Shown piece after piece: positions 1 through 14,780 of a stretch of 64,000 bases of DNA; positions within the stretch are counted from its first letter, which is position 1; every line of letters begins with the position of its first letter. Source of the DNA: Amphiscolops sp. MND2022. Lineage: Eukaryota. Position numbers and translations under genes: made by a program. The DNA lies in the NCBI GenBank assembly GCA_964187785.1, contig OZ076409.1, positions 82,834,001-82,898,000 of the forward strand, in the 5' to 3' direction. The notes under the pieces are model-generated. The model saw only the letters and a program-made list of their open reading frames with translations, did not search any database and was not told where the DNA came from.

Positions 1-1291
1 ATAAAGGAGTCCTCTGGACCCCCAAGACTGTTAGAACACAATTGAGCATAAAGGACCCTATCATCAAGGTATTGATGCCAACTCTTGATTTTAGTTGTGC
101 TACACCATCTTACTGGTGCTGAAAACTTTCAGTGCAATAAACCTTAATTTCTGAGTTTTGTTGGATGTATATTTTACTTTGCTACCAATGCAACAATGCA
201 ATATAGCTACATCCTCTGGGTGGGTCCCGGTTCGGTGCCCTCCCGTTTTGATTTGAATTTGAAACTTCTACCAAGCCCAAAAGTTGTTGTTACTCACTTG
301 GCCGCGCAGGGGCCCAATTTTAGAAAAAGAAATTTTAACTTGAACTGAGTAATTAGTGAAAAAACCTTTTTTTAAAAAAAATCCGACTGTATAGTTTTTA
401 ACCTAAAAATCAGTGCTTTTTGAATTTGATGGCTTTAGGGTGCTAGACATGCAGTAGCGAAACGAAAAGAATAGTAATGTGAAATCAACATAGCCTTGAT
501 GTAAGACCTTTTCTGTGAATCTCAGAGTACCCTTTGGGTGCGAGCATCCTCTCGTTTGCCGAGGACGACAAACTACGGCCCGGGGAGGATGTAACGTCCA
601 CCAGTCAACACCAAATTTTCGATGAAAAATTCGATCAAGAACCAAAAAATGTGCGAATCAAAATGGCCGACCTGGCAGGTCCTTGAAGCCCATAAAATGA
701 AAGAAGAGAACACGTGAAGAAGAGGAACGACAGGAGATAATGAAGAGAAGAGGCAAAACAAGTGATGACATGAAGATCCACACGGAACAGAATACGATGA
801 ACGCTACCCGGTGCTATGTCATCCCTGAGAAAGCAGAACCATTCTAGAACGGCGTGACTGGATCCCCGAAAATCTACAAACAGTAACTGTATTTCCACTC
901 GGGGCTTATCCCCCTTTGTTTTGTTAATTTGTTATAATGCATTTTGTCACTTTCCCCATATCTGACCTTCTAGGTCGGCATTTCATGCCCATAACTGTCG
1001 AAATGACATTTTTCGGATAAACACCTTTTTGGACCTCGGAAGTATGTAGGGGATGGCAGGAATACACTAAAAACCTTAGGATACGTTTTTACAGGCTTGT
1101 GGGGCGTGTCCGGACTTTGAGAGTGCCGGCACGTCGCCTCGGAGCTCTAACTAGAGGAGCCTCCTTAGACGTTAGAAAAGTCCCCCATGGAGACCATTTT
1201 GGGATCAAAAACTAGTGTTTAGGAGTGTAGTAAGACAACGGTCTCCTGTTTAAGCACCCTAGGCATCGTCCCTCTTCCTAGGTGTGCGCCG

Positions 1292-1565
1292 CTAGCCGGA
1301 CGTTACAAAAAAAAGTCGCATTGTGCCGAAAAAAAGTGGGGCTAAGGTGGGATCTTTAGTGTGTTTTCGAGGTTGTGGACGTCTGTTTTGTTTTTTTCTC
1401 TTCGTTTTGGACGCGCTTCTGAGGTTGGAGTTGTTGAGGTTTGAAGTTGTTGAGGTTTGAGGTTGTTGAACAAATGAACAAAAAAGTGGACCTTTCGTGT
1501 CTAAAAAAAAACTACCCACTGTAATAGTCGGGCACATTTTCTACTAAAATGCGCCGACTAAAAAC
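1292..1565. repeat. Partial copy of the repeat family ending in GCGCCGACTAAAA
   Basis: Contains AAAAGTCGCATTGTGCCGAAAAA and ends CACTGTAATAGTCGGGC...GCGCCGACTAAAA, like the copies at 17498-18416, 47642-48132 and 48644-49133. Confidence 0.55.
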
Positions 1566-3238
1566 ACTAATCATAACTCATTATGAAATGATGCAAGAAA
1601 GAAAAATATAAATATTGTGATTAGAAAATGTAACATGAAAGAGTGGCTATCTTCTCTATTCAAATCTTATGATTTAAAATGTGACGAATATCAGGGTCTG
1701 TGTGCATTGAACTGAAACATGGAGATGTTATTTAAATCTCAATACTGATTCAATTGTTGTATATCATTGTACCAAGTTTTTATTTTGTACCAACATTTTA
1801 AGTTTTGAACAAGTTGAATTTTGCTAGCTTCGATGGGATCAACTCGTGGGATGACTATTTATGGTATTGACTGTTTATAAAATACATTTTAATTGATTAT
1901 TATCCAATTGGCTCCTCTGAAAAACATTTTTGAAACTAATTCATAAATTCCGATTTACTCTGACCCAAACGAGACGGAAACAGCTCAAAAAATGAACGAT
2001 CGTAACCAACGCATTTCGTTTTTTTTGTATTGTATGCAGCCAAAAAAATAGAAATTTTTAAAGAAAAATAAGGACTTCAAAGATACCAAAAATCTTAAAG
2101 CCACGTCGGCGCCCAATTCATGGCTCACAAAGAGTTTTCTTTTGATTAGGATAAGTAACACTACATTGAATTATTCAAATGAATTGATGCAAAACGTTTC
2201 AGGCTCAAAACGAACATTTTTCTTACCTAAAAACATGAAAGGTATTCTTTGAAATGGAAGTTTCCGGATAAACTCTTAAAATATCAAACTAACATTACTT
2301 TTTATTTCTAATTGGAGGTTGAAACCGTTCGGTTCGACTTGACATTATAAAAGCATATGATGTTCATCGCGGATCAAAGATGGGCGGCTTTTCAAATCAA
2401 CGAAAATCCCCAACGAAAATATTCTGATCTGAGGCTTAGTGTCTGGAAAATGCACCCAACACACTTTATGAAACCGTCGGCTACTAAATTTCTTCTAAAT
2501 TAATACAGCTTCGAAGAGAAATTCCGGATAACCTAATTGATGTCAAATTTAATATACTATTTGATTTCTTCCCGATTCCCTATTCTCCCACACCAAAGTT
2601 AACCTGACGAAAAGAATAAACAACTCGAAATAAACAACAAGGACATTCAGAAAAAAATTTATAGTGAAACATTAAACAAACACTTGCATTTTTCATGTGC
2701 GGACTTTAATGAAAAGTATTTTTCCGTCGGCAGAGTACGTTTTTTTTACTGGAGCTTTTAAAAAATCTCAGTACCAAAATTGAAAAAAAATCAGGTAAAA
2801 TTCTGCTTTTATACAAAAACGAGTGGTTTTGCTCCTCAGAAATCTTTTAAAAATAAAAACTAAAACACAATTCGAACCAAATTCGATGCAACTAAATATA
2901 ATCTAAATACACAAGATTTTGACTACTTATGATGAGACACGTGTATAGTTCGCAAAAAAAAGAATCGTAGTTCTATGCGAAGAACAATATAGCTCCATAG
3001 ATTTCCCTACCTGTATGAATTTGGTTCCATGTATGATAATTCATGAAAAGCAAGGATGTCATAATTCTATGTACGGAATCACATGTAGCCATTTTGTATC
3101 GTTTGTTGGTATTTAGAGCTTGTTCCCAAGTATTGCGAGCTTTCCTTTACCCAAAAACCTTCAAAATCTTTCACAAGCACTTCACTCAAAAATCGGGACT
3201 CATTAATTCTGATGTTCAAAATCGACCAGTGAAATTAC

Positions 3239-3645
3239 CTGGTACATTTCAGTTGTTACTTTTCGACTCTCATGTTTCGCTCCCAAGCTCTGCAACTTGT
3301 CCTTTTGAGTGTCAATTGCGTCCAGATGTCCGAGACATTCTTGCATATAGCTTGCAATGGCCTTCACGTGACTCTTGAAGCCTGGAAGTTCTCTGTGTTC
3401 CCCTGATGACTTTGCAGGGTCCGCCCAGGGGAAAACATCTTTTACTCCTGGCTCGTCCAGAAAGCTTTCAAAAGAAAAACGATACTTGACTTCTGAGTAT
3501 AATTCTAACTATATAACATAAAAGTTCTCTACTATTAGCGAACTCACCTTATTATAGCTTCAACAACGACGTCATGAAATTGATCGCCCACTGCTGCCAA
3601 GTGCCCTTCAATGATCTTTCTCTGATTTTCAGTCAGCTGTCCCAT
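3239..3645 (-). CDS. Globin 1, exons 1-2 (exon 1 3645-3548, exon 2 3464-3239); exon 3 not found in window
   Basis: Spliced translation MGQLTENQRKIIEGHLAAVGDQFHDVVVEAIIS|FLDEPGVKDVFPWADPAKSSGEHRELPGFKSHVKAIASYMQECLGHLDAIDTQKDKLQSLGAKHESRKVTTEMYQ. CD1 Phe, E7 His and F8 His present. GT donors at phase 2 (B12.2) and phase 0 (G7.0). Exon sizes of 98 and 226 nt match globin 2. Confidence 0.85.
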
Positions 3646-5889
3646 GATTGGTCAAGTCGTTGTTTCCACAGTTAATGTTGGATCTAAATCACATTGGAAA
3701 AACCCTTTTGATGACGATGTCAAATTGCACGCAACTTTTTTCGTTTTTTAGAAACAATTTACTTGTGAGCACAAGTCTTTAAAATGTTGAAAAAGACCAA
3801 AATTTAATATTTGATTAAAAAAATAAAAGAAATGATTTCGCTGTCGAAAGGTCTCAGAAACAAAATTCAACAAAATAAATTTTCGCTGAAATTCAATATA
3901 TAATTTTTTTGAAGAGCAAATGAATACAGCTAAACCATCGCCTGGCATCAGTTTCGAGAAATTAAACTAAAAATAAGTAAAACCTTTTAAATGTTTCAAA
4001 CAAGGTCAATCACCACTTTATCATAACTTCAAATCACTAGAATTTGGAACCATTTCTATTTTAAGAAAATTTCCAGTGAATTTTGCTGGAGATTTTTTCA
4101 AATGTATATCTAAGACATGTGCTTCAAAAAGTCTACTGTCTGTCGTTTTTCGGTGACCTGGTGAATGTTGGTCAACCACCTCTCACCACTAAATGTTGAA
4201 TGAAGTTCAAATTTTTGCAATTGCCAAAGTAATAAACTTACTTTCTTAATTCGGCTCAGACGAACTGACTTTAGGTTTTCACGTCAATATACTAACGCCT
4301 GATGGTATTGAGTTATCTTTATCAATTCTCGTTATCAGTGTCTATCATACTTGGAATGCAGATGTTTGTTTTAAATAGGGGCGAGTATTTTTGTTCAAAT
4401 ATGTGCTATCACAAATCCGTTCTGAACTTCGCACTTCACCTCTAAATTAGTGTAACGTCAAGTTCTTTCATTTGAGACCAATACAATTGTAATGCATAGC
4501 GGTGGAGACCCCAAGTAGCATCCACAGCCAATTATCTTCAACCTCCTGCCAAAATCTTGCATATTCTTACGTATATGTACCGAGAAAACAAATAACCTGC
4601 AAAACAAATTACAGGGTGTTCAGAGGTTAAGGTAACATTTTCGAGACCTCTTCTGACGACTAAGGCTTCTACTGTAAAACTTTCTAACATATTCAGCGTA
4701 GACGTCGAAGGGGTATTTAGCATGGATCTCATTTCACGGAAGAAAGTTCAATTTTTTTTACCTTCCGTTCAAATTTCTAAATTTCTGAGTTAAACGGCCA
4801 CTTTTGAGCCGCTAAATTTGAAGGTTATAAAATTCAGCGACGATGAAGAACAGCATACTATTATACTTTTTGGAAAATTAGAATCACCAAGTCCGAAAAC
4901 AGTTCCACATATTTGGACGTAAAGTAAAACAGTTCAAACGTCAAGATTTCGCCAAAATCTAGGAAAAGTTCCTGAAAAATAGGGTAATGAAGAAAGAACG
5001 CAAATGAAAATGCAGTTATAGACTCTTGATGTGTTGCTTATCTGAAATGTCACTCGTTTATCGGTATTTATGTGAAGTTTAAGAACGTTCCGTTTGACAG
5101 AGAAAAATTGTAGCCTTCATTTTTGTCATGGAAGCCATAATCATGGACCAAAATGATTCGAGCGTTTGAGAAATCTAGCGTGGATGACAATGGAAGAAAA
5201 TCCGTGATTCTTTTGAAATAACAACTAAAATCTTGATTACCCACGAAATTGAACGTAATGTCAAGAAAATGTCAAGATCATGCGCCAAAAACGACGCGAA
5301 CCAAAACTCCTAAAGAAACTTCCATGTATTATTCCTTTACATTTTGAATCCCTTTTGTCATGCTGCTCAAGAGATGCAATCTGATTTTGAAAGTGATTGG
5401 GAGGTTTGCAAGTTTGACTTCTTAGTTTTCAAAGACTTATTCAGCGTGCAATTTGACTGATGGTGATTAGATAAACCGAGTGTTTGAGAAACTAAAGTGT
5501 GAAACAAAATGGTCAAGAAAATGAAAAAGTATGAAAATTTCTGTTTTGAAGCTTTGGTTGATATAGTGGAGGCTGCACAGTAGTCTTACCGGGAATGGTC
5601 CCGGCTGTTTTCGTTTTTCACGCGGAAAAAACTCATAAACCTTATTTCGAAACAGAAACAGACTGCTGACCGCAATGGATTTCTACAAGAAGAAAGGGTT
5701 TTTGCAAACTTTCAGCAGCATGTATCATCTTTTTTAAATGCCGAAAACATACAAACGTTACACAAGCTACAGATCGACTTTGGTTCTACAAAACACTGGG
5801 CCACAATACATTGTGGATGTATAAATACAGCAACTTTGAATATCGATCGGTATGAGTATTATTTCGCTAATTAAAAAGTGAGTGAAAAC

Positions 5890-6130
5890 TTAGACGCTAA
5901 AATTTTACAGCCATCTGATTGGTTAAAAGGGTCTTTGTGGTATCCAAGACACGAATTTGTCGGCATTTTGTTGACATCATCTTGGTCCCACATTACGCAA
6001 AATGAAACCGGCTAATGTATTACTCATAGCCTCGGATTCCGAAAAACGCCGATTTTCGTGGCGTGGTTTCCGCAAAATTAGTGCTAAATTGCCAAATTTA
6101 CACGTTTTAAGACATGTCTGTGGAATCGGA
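5890..6130. repeat. Dispersed repeat, inverted copy of 49770-50020
   Basis: GCGTGGTTTCCGCAAAATTAGTGCTAAA...TAAGACATGTCTGTGGAATCGGA is the diverged reverse complement of the 49770-50020 sequence. Confidence 0.7.
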
Positions 6131-6323
6131 GACATTACACGCACAAAAGTATGTCTCTAGCGATTTAGCTTGCAGATGCACAGTCTTGAAGTCAACTGGA
6201 ATTTGTGACTGTGGAAGTCTTAAGCACGGCATATCAATGGGATTACCAAACGGGTTGAAAAAAGACTACCAAACATGTTGCCAGAATATATAGAAATCAC
6301 TCAAAGGAGCTGTATTCAATGCC

Positions 6324-6840
6324 TTGTTGGAAGCTGAGCTGTCTCTGGAAGTGGAATTAGGTGATCCCAGTGTTCTTGACGTCTTGGACAGAACAATGGA
6401 AGTGCTTGGAGTAACGCAGATGGAAGATATCGAAGAAGATATGCTTCATCACACTCAGCTGAGGGCTGGAGAAAATGTCTTTGGCTATGCCCGGCGAGTG
6501 GGCGCATTCAAAACACTCGCAATGGAAGAAAGGAGTAATGAACACTGGGTTGCAGTTTTTGCGTCCTGATTGATTGACAAGTGTCACCTAGATAGTGAAA
6601 ACAACCCGGGATTGCTGTCGCTTTTGCCGACGAGTTTAGACACCAACACCAGTCGGAAAATCAGTTGAATGTGTGGTGGACCGAAATTTATCAAAATTAA
6701 ATTTGCTGCGTTTACATACAAGCTCACGAAGAAGAGCTTCCGACCGACCAAAACCATTTTAGCGTTGTCCGAGGTGGCGAAATGTTTCGAAACTATAAGG
6801 TAATAGCAAAACTGGGGTTATGGGACACCATGCTGTCATT
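6324..6840 (+). pseudogene. Possible degenerate retrotransposon gag fragment
   Basis: QLRAGENVFGYARR resembles the gag QxxxExVxxYxxR motif; possible decayed Zn-knuckle (KCF...GHH) downstream; multiple stops. Confidence 0.3.
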
Positions 6841-9800
6841 GGTGGACAAGAAAGTACACTGCGCCTAGGAAGCATCGATGAAGCAAATTGTGGAGCTATT
6901 CCAGTGACAAAGAGTGGTCAGAAGAGAACGATGAACTCTGGAGCGAGTTGGACGGAGACCATGACTATGATTGCCCGTACGAGCTGCTGACACTTGAAGA
7001 AGTCAAGAATTTTGATTAAATCATGAAATCAAGACACGAAAGCAAGCACAAACCATGCGAGCATTCCCCCACCTGAAACAGGTTGCAAATTGCTGCCAAA
7101 TCGACAAATCGAGGTGGAACAATGAAAATACTGAGCTACACTAAAATTTGATGTTAGGTCGGAAAAGTCAACTGTTCAATGCGTTTGGGTACAGAATGAT
7201 AATAATATAAACGTTCCGGTATATCACACCGAAGTGCTAGAAATTGGGTTATAAAGTAAGGATTCAGACTTCGATACTGTGGCTGATGACTGTTTGGTGG
7301 CCGTGGTCTGTCTTTGCATGTGAAGGCTGTACCCAAAGGTACCAAGGATGTAATCATGGATTTTGGCCTCCATCTTTCCGTTGGGAGCTGGATGCACTGG
7401 ACGCAGCACAGGCATTTTCTTCTCTCCAGAAACTGCTGCCAAGCAACGAAACGGAAAGAACGCGCAACATCCTACCGTTTCGAGCAGAAGGATCTAAGCT
7501 GAATTCGACCAGTGAGAAGTTCAGCAGTTGGGCCCATGTTGTTGAACACTGAGGGTCAATTGAACGAGAAGAGTGTTCTAATTGCTGGTAACGAGAGTCT
7601 TTTCACGGAATTGAATGGAAAGTCAAACGAAGTCTCTCGGGACAGCCCCCAGTGGACACTCACCAAAATGGAAGTCAATAGGCCCTCACGGACCATGTTC
7701 ACGAACCTCTCGAGGATTTGTCCAACGCATCAATGCCATCAGAGTAGGACGCCCTAAGTGCGTGAACTTCAGGATTCAAGTTGCAAATCAGCGATCAATC
7801 AAACGATACAAAGTCATTCAACAATAGGGAACTAGCTGGTAGCGTTTGGTTTCTATCAAGTGCCTAAGCGAGGAAGGTCTACGACAGAGGAAAAACATAT
7901 TCAGATGACACAAACGTTTTTGATTCTGAATTGATAAACTGGCGCTATTACATTCATTGATGATGTTTATATTGTTTGTTTGGTGGTATGCCCTCCAATT
8001 TTTGATGTTGTTTTTTAAACTTTCCCAATAATGTAGCTTCTGTAGTCCACCGGCGCTACCAGTTTTATTTTGAAACGTTTTGCCCACATCTCAAACCACT
8101 ATCTACTCTACTGTTTACATAACGCTAGGTTCCACGTTTCAGTCAGCGAGCGGCGTCACGTTTATTCAGTAGAACAAACCAGACAGGAAATGTGTGCGTG
8201 CAGTTTTTAGCTTTTGTGGCATTCCAAAAAGATCCCCCCGTGTTTGCGCGAGCCCAGACGGTAGACAATACTATGTTCTTTCCGTTTTTGAACTAATCGG
8301 ATGATTACTTCTCGCAACATAAAATGAAGAAAAAGTGACGTCAGCGATCAAATTGTTCGAACTGTCAATGACAGAATTAATCTCCTTGAGCCATTTTTGA
8401 TTAGTGTCTCTTTTGTACCGGAAAGACGCTGCCGTATGGGAAAAAAGGCATTCTCTCTTTTCTCGAGAAGCACTTCTCCGATGGAGCTGAAGTGTAGCAT
8501 GGATGTATTAGAGATACAAACTCAATTTTTGACTTGTTGAACCCGACCGCCTATCTCCGCCAGCCCCAGGTTACTAGCACCGGAAGTGACGTAGGTCCAC
8601 CCCCCTAAGTGAACGTCGGCGAAGCACTAAATAAATCGGACAAAGTATGGATTTTATAGCGCATAGAAAATTAGACCGTTTGCGTGTATTTTGGGAACCC
8701 TAAGACGCGCGTAGGAGGAGCGCGGACCCTTTGTACACAAACACCAATTGTTATGTAAATCGTCACCGGTCGACCCGCGGATCATGAAACGTACCTAAGA
8801 TGTTCACCTACCAACTCTGAGTAACATGTTCGAAAAGTACATTAATCGGTCAATGGCGCGCAGTGCATGGTTTGTATAAGGCACGCCCGATCGGACGCGT
8901 CAACCCGGTAGAAAACAGACACTCAACCAAAACTTGTAGAACTTCAAGCGAACCGTAATAACGAACGTAGTTGATTACTGACGTGAATGAAAACGTTTTT
9001 CTGACAGAACTGGGCGTAACTGTCTAATGTAAACAAACAATCTTATGTCATGTAACTCTGTAGACCCATAAAAATTGACTGTAGACCCATAGAACTTGGC
9101 ATGAAGTAACTTTGGACGAGTACAAATGTAGTATCCTTGGAAGTAGTAACTTTGCATGAGTTTTAATATTTAGTGTTACCGGCACACACTCATCTCAGTG
9201 AGTGGCCCCTGAATACAAGAAAAAAGCGTACGGTAAAATATGTGAATCAGCGTCTTGCCGTGGTAATTTATGCATTTCATTCAAAGCAGAAGTTTCGAGA
9301 TGGGCCGCACTCGGAAGGACGGAACAGCACTCTTCGCACGTAGCGAATATTTGAGCAAAATTCATGATGCATCTCTTTCGACCTTAAAATTATCCTGGGT
9401 GACTTGAATTATCATAGAATGTGACCTTCGAAAAAGATGTTGAATTGATTGTCGTTGGCGGCAAAAGACTGTTTAGTCGGACGTTAATTAGTGGTGTTTG
9501 CCATTCCATAAAAGGAAAAGTAAACATGAAGGTAGAAGCATGCAAACTAAAGGCGACGACGCCCAGAACTATAAGCGTCAAGTATAACAAAGAGTGAAGA
9601 TGTATAACCAGAAGCACGTGCAACGAATAAACGTATTGGAGGCGGAATTGGAATTTACTTGAATGGACACAACAGAGTTAGAGAGCTAGAAGCAAGTTGA
9701 GTAACTTCTCAAAGAAGCAAGGAGACAAGATACTTCAACAAGGAGCTTCAACAAGATTTAATTGCGCCTAACGTATCTGGCTGACCCGTGTATTCGTTTG

Positions 9801-11499
9801 TGGTCGTATCCATTTTTAGGATTTGTAGATAGTATTTCGTGAACAGATTCGACTGGACTTTATAGCTATCATCTTCATTTTCAAATGAAATCCTAAAATC
9901 TGGTTTTTGGTGAGTTGATACCTGTGAGCCGAAATAGCAACAACTGGAGAGAGAAATTGACAGTAACTACAACCTACAACAGACTTGGCTAAGTCACTAA
10001 AACAAGATTTTCCCTGTAAAGATTCCATTTGGTAGTAAACTTCTCTCCAAGCCCCCAATGATAACATGATATCTCACCTCAGGTTTTGTAACGGGCGACA
10101 ACCATAGACTAATGAGGTTCAAGACAAAAAAGACAAAGTTGAAAGGCGGTGAAGCCCGAGATATTTGGGAACGTCAACCAAAGCAAGTGTTTCGCTGAGC
10201 TATATGGGATGCGTTGAAAAACAACAGCCGTATTCTATCACAACATCTGGAGTTGGTCTTTCAAAAAAGTTGTGGCAAATCCATTTATAGAGTGATTTTC
10301 TCTTTTGAGAAGTTTTGAAAATCCAAGTTCCAAAGAATTATCGTGCTGATCGGGAAAACCTGTATGTGCTTTACTCATACCCCCATAGCTTCTTTGCATC
10401 ATTTCGTTGCCGTATAATTTTTTGTTGTTTTCAAATGTTCTAAATTCAGAGGAAATTTTTTTCTAGTTTTTTTTCGTTTTTCAACAATCTTTGTCTTTAA
10501 GCATTCAATGTGCTGTTTTTCAACCAAATCCCTGCTTCAGCTTCAACTATATTGCGTTTTAATGAGGAGGAGGCGGAGGTTCGAAAACAGCAGATTTTCA
10601 TCAAAACGAAATACGCATTATTTTAGAAACTGTGCTTTGTGAGTCTTAATTATAGCTTTGAGTATGGACGTTCCTGTCTTGTTCATTTTTAAAGTTCAAC
10701 AAGTTTTCCTTTTTCATAGGTCTGGTTTCACTGGAATTGGATCAAATTGTCGGAAGTCAAATATTTCAAGGGCAAAAGTGATCTGAGTGATTTGGAAAAC
10801 TTTTACATGGTCGGAAGTAGTAAACGCAAGACTATCCAGGGTCGTCTAGCTGTTCACTAAATACTCAGGTAAGTTTCTCGACTGATCACTGTTCCAGGAT
10901 AATTGAACGTGATTATTGAATTGGGCGATAGATCTAAACTACATAGAAGCAGTCAAACATCCGGAACTTTAAGCTGTAGTCTAATTGGAGCTTTTTGCAG
11001 CACTGCAATGTAAACGTAAGTTTCAAAAATCAATAAATTTTGTAGACCTATAGATACTTGAGAAACAGAAATCGGAATTTTTTGAACAAGAAGACTTCTA
11101 ATGCATGAACAATCTACTGTAAAATTTTCGTTCGTTATTTAGTCAACCCAGTTTTCTTCTCGATATGGTGAAATTTTCCCTCATATTTTTAAGTATCTAA
11201 TGGCACCGTATATCGACAGAAATACAAAACACGTTCAAATGCTTCCCTTATGTTAACAGTACTATTTAAGTTTTTTTTACCAAACTAGAAGAAACAAAAT
11301 GGTCCCGCCGGATTTTTTTGGCCTTGTGAGATTTTTGGGAGACAGTTCGGAACCTACAGGGCCCTCTTTGAATCTTTTGGACTTTTTGGAGCTACGTGGA
11401 AGCGAAGTCTAAGCAACTTTGAAATCTTTGGTGACCTTTGGATTGATTTAATGAATCTTGAGCTTTGAGCTTTTTGAGTTCAATCGGGGAGAAGACTTT

Positions 11500-14400
11500 C
11501 CCGGTCATTCACGGCTTGCTTCCATTACGAAGATTTGCAAATTTACGATAGATTTATTCGTTTCTATTTTTCAGTGGCACTTTGTCAGAAACTTGGTAAT
11601 AGGACGAGATTGGCTCAATCAACTAAACTTCCGCGTGGGAGAAGTAACACAAAAGGGTGAGTATAAACAAACTGTAAACAACATAAACAAAACAAGTGAA
11701 AAAAACTCGGAAGCGTTGACGAAAAAAATTCCAAACTTTTTAAAAGAAAAGGAAAAATAAACGGGCATAACATAAAAATTGAGTTTAAAAGGGATGCAAA
11801 AGTGACGCAACAAAAGGAGCGTTGAGTCCCCTCCAACTACAAACAGCAGTAGAAGCAGAAATTGCAAACCTCATCAAGGACGAATCGACAAAAGAAACGC
11901 CGAAGTGTTCATACAACCGGCAGTCATAACCGTCAAACACGACAAAACAGTCAAAGTCGCGCTAGATGCCAGGCAACTAAACAATGCCATCCAGAAAGAC
12001 AAATACCAAATGCCGATCCTTGACAACTTGATGGAACAAGTAGAGAAGATAATAAATAACACAAACAAAGGGAGTGTCAGATTCACATCACTGGTTATGC
12101 AATACGCATATGAGCAAACGGAGTTGCACACAGACACCGCAAAGCACTGCAACTTTCAAATCATCGGAGAGAAAGCGACGGGGACATATACATTTAATAC
12201 AGGATTTTACGGCCTTACAACAATGCCCTAAGAATTCCAGAGAACCATGGACAAAATCCTATACAACGTATAAAACACATTTACCTTCATCGACGATATC
12301 CTTGTGGGGACGAATGGAAGCAAGGAAGAACACATAAAGCAGATTGAAAACGTGATGAAAACTCTGGACGAAGTCGGGATTCGACTAAAAGAAGAAAAGT
12401 GCTGAATCGCACAATCCGAAACAGAATGGCTGGATTTAAACTCACACCGACAGGGGTGAAACCAATCGACAGCAAAATTCAAACCATATCAGACAAGTTA
12501 AAGCAACAAACTCTGAAGGAACTACGATCATTAATGGGCGCGTTAAACCAGACGAACCGGTTTTTCCCGAACCTAGCAAAAGTATGCGCTCCGGTGAGAC
12601 CTCTTCTGAGCAAGGATACAAATTGGGAGTGAGAAACAGAACACGATCGAGTGTTTGACAGAATAAAAAAAACGATACAAAGAATAACTGAAACACAACA
12701 TTTTAAAAGGGACAAACAATTAAGGATTGTATGCGACGCCAGTAAATAAGAATTGGGTGCGGTGCTCCAACAGAAAACAGACGACGAAAGCTGGCAAGCG
12801 ATCCATTTTGCATCAAGGTTTCTAACACATTTTGGACAAAAGTACTGTACAAATGAGCTGGTAGAAAACTTCAGAAAAGATGTATGTGGAATCAATTTTG
12901 AAATAGTATCCGATCACAAAGCGTTAACATCAATTCTAAAAAGAAGTACAACGAAAAAAAAACGTTCTCAAGCCGACTAACTAGGAGGGTAGATAGATTG
13001 CTTCCTTTCCAATTTACGGTTAGCCACGAATCTGGTAGAACATTAGGAAGAGCAGACTATCTGTCACGACAGCCATCTCCGAGTAATAATAATACTCAAA
13101 ACTATGGAACAACTTGTTCACAGTAAACGAAATTAATGTAGATAAGCCTGGTTTAGTGAAGCAGAACAAACAACCAATCACAGGCGAGCTGACAAATCAG
13201 AGCGAGCTGGCAAGAAGCAGCGATGTGTCAAGCGACAGCGAGTTAAACAAACAATGCGAACAAACAATTAAAAGCATAATCAACCCAAGCGCAATCAACG
13301 CCGCGAAAATGGAAAGTTCGGATAGCGAGACCTGCGACGTCGCAAGCACAATTGAATTCGCGTCAAAGCCACCTCTCAAAACACCAATGTTTCATTTAAT
13401 TAATCAAATCGATTTTCTTCAAACGCTCGGCAACTACACTTCCGCCGCCCTTTTTGAAACCGACGAGGTTTTACAAAAGGTTATTACGCTGATCCAACAG
13501 CCCAATTCCACAAAGATAAATCGACTTCCTGCCCCCTGGAGGGACAAATTCAAGTGTTATCTACAGTATCAAACTGGTGGCACCGCGAAGTGGTGGGAAT
13601 CGCAAAGTCATGCCCTCAATGGCAAACTGCCCTTAAGAATATCAAAACCATTTCAAAACAAAAACAAATAGGCGAGCTACCTAAGTGCACAGAAGCGAAT
13701 CAAGAAATAGCTATAGATTTCGCAGGACCGTTTTAAAACGCGATAGGGGCGAACAAGTATTTAGTAGTATCAATTGATCATTTTAGGGCATGGCCCGAAG
13801 CGAAATTTTTACGAAAACCGACCACAGAAAAAGTTATCGAGTTCTTAAAGAAATATATCGCACGGCACGGAATACCGCAGAAAATAAGAACGGACCCGGC
13901 AACAATTGCTCGTAGCAAAAGATTTAAAGGTTATTGTAGAAAAAGGTACAACTCCGAATGAATCCACCGGCAAAGAAAAAATCACCGTACGAAAGATATA
14001 CCGGAAAAGAACCCAATACCATAAAACGAATTGTAACCAACACTGATCGGGCAATTTCAGAACCTCCAAAACTCAAGCAAGACTTCGAGTCGGGACAAGA
14101 CTCAACGGTTTTAGTAAGAGAAAGGGCGAATGGCACAAAAATGGAAGGAGACTTCAAAAAGAGGAAAGGAGTACTAATGGAGCAAAGCAACCATACCATC
14201 ACTTTTCCTCCAGCAGGAAGATCACAAACGACAATAATCTCCAAACGAGATATAGAAAACTGGGACCAACAGCCAAGTTGTTCGAAACAGCTTATAAACA
14301 AAGAAGGACCAGAAGCAAAACAACAGACAAAACCGCGGGAAATGCCAGAACCAGCAGAATTGACAACGCCAGAAGAAACGACAATACCAGAAGAATTGAC

Positions 14401-14780
14401 AAACCAGCAGAGCGCCGCAAAAATAAATGAACCGACCAATCAGAGCCAATAAAAAGCAAAGCGAGGAACAAGCGCACTCAAAGAGCTAAAACAGAAAGCA
14501 AAAGAACCAAAACATGAAAAAGGTCAAAAAACTGGAACAAATAGTAGAATAAGCCGAATCTGATTCAGACGACGAAGCAACGACACAAACAGAACAAAAG
14601 GAGTGTGAGAGATAGGAAGAATAACCAGAAAAAGCAGAAGAAGAAAGCAAAGAGGAAAAAGAAGGAAGTGACAGAGAGCAGAAAACAACACCAAAAAGAA
14701 GAGGACAGCGAAGCCGAAACAAGCCGAACTGCTATGCACAAAACGTCATGGTAACTCAATTCTCCCCAGCCAGGGAACCA
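11500..14780 (+). mobile_element. Degenerate Ty3/gypsy LTR retrotransposon pol region (RT, RNase H, partial integrase)
   Basis: Fragmented ORFs with VKVALDARQLN, FYGLTTMP, FIDDIL (12286), RNase H IVCDAS..LGAVLQQ and SDHKAL, integrase IAIDFAGPF. Many stops and frameshifts; no LTR pair identified. Confidence 0.85.

Noticed and set aside
7154..7827. Cluster of overlapping short ORFs
   Set aside because: No recognisable motif or splice structure; probably decayed repeat sequence.
8570..9216. Possible solo LTR
   Set aside because: Ends in ..AATACA, but there is no TG start, TSD or second copy in the window.
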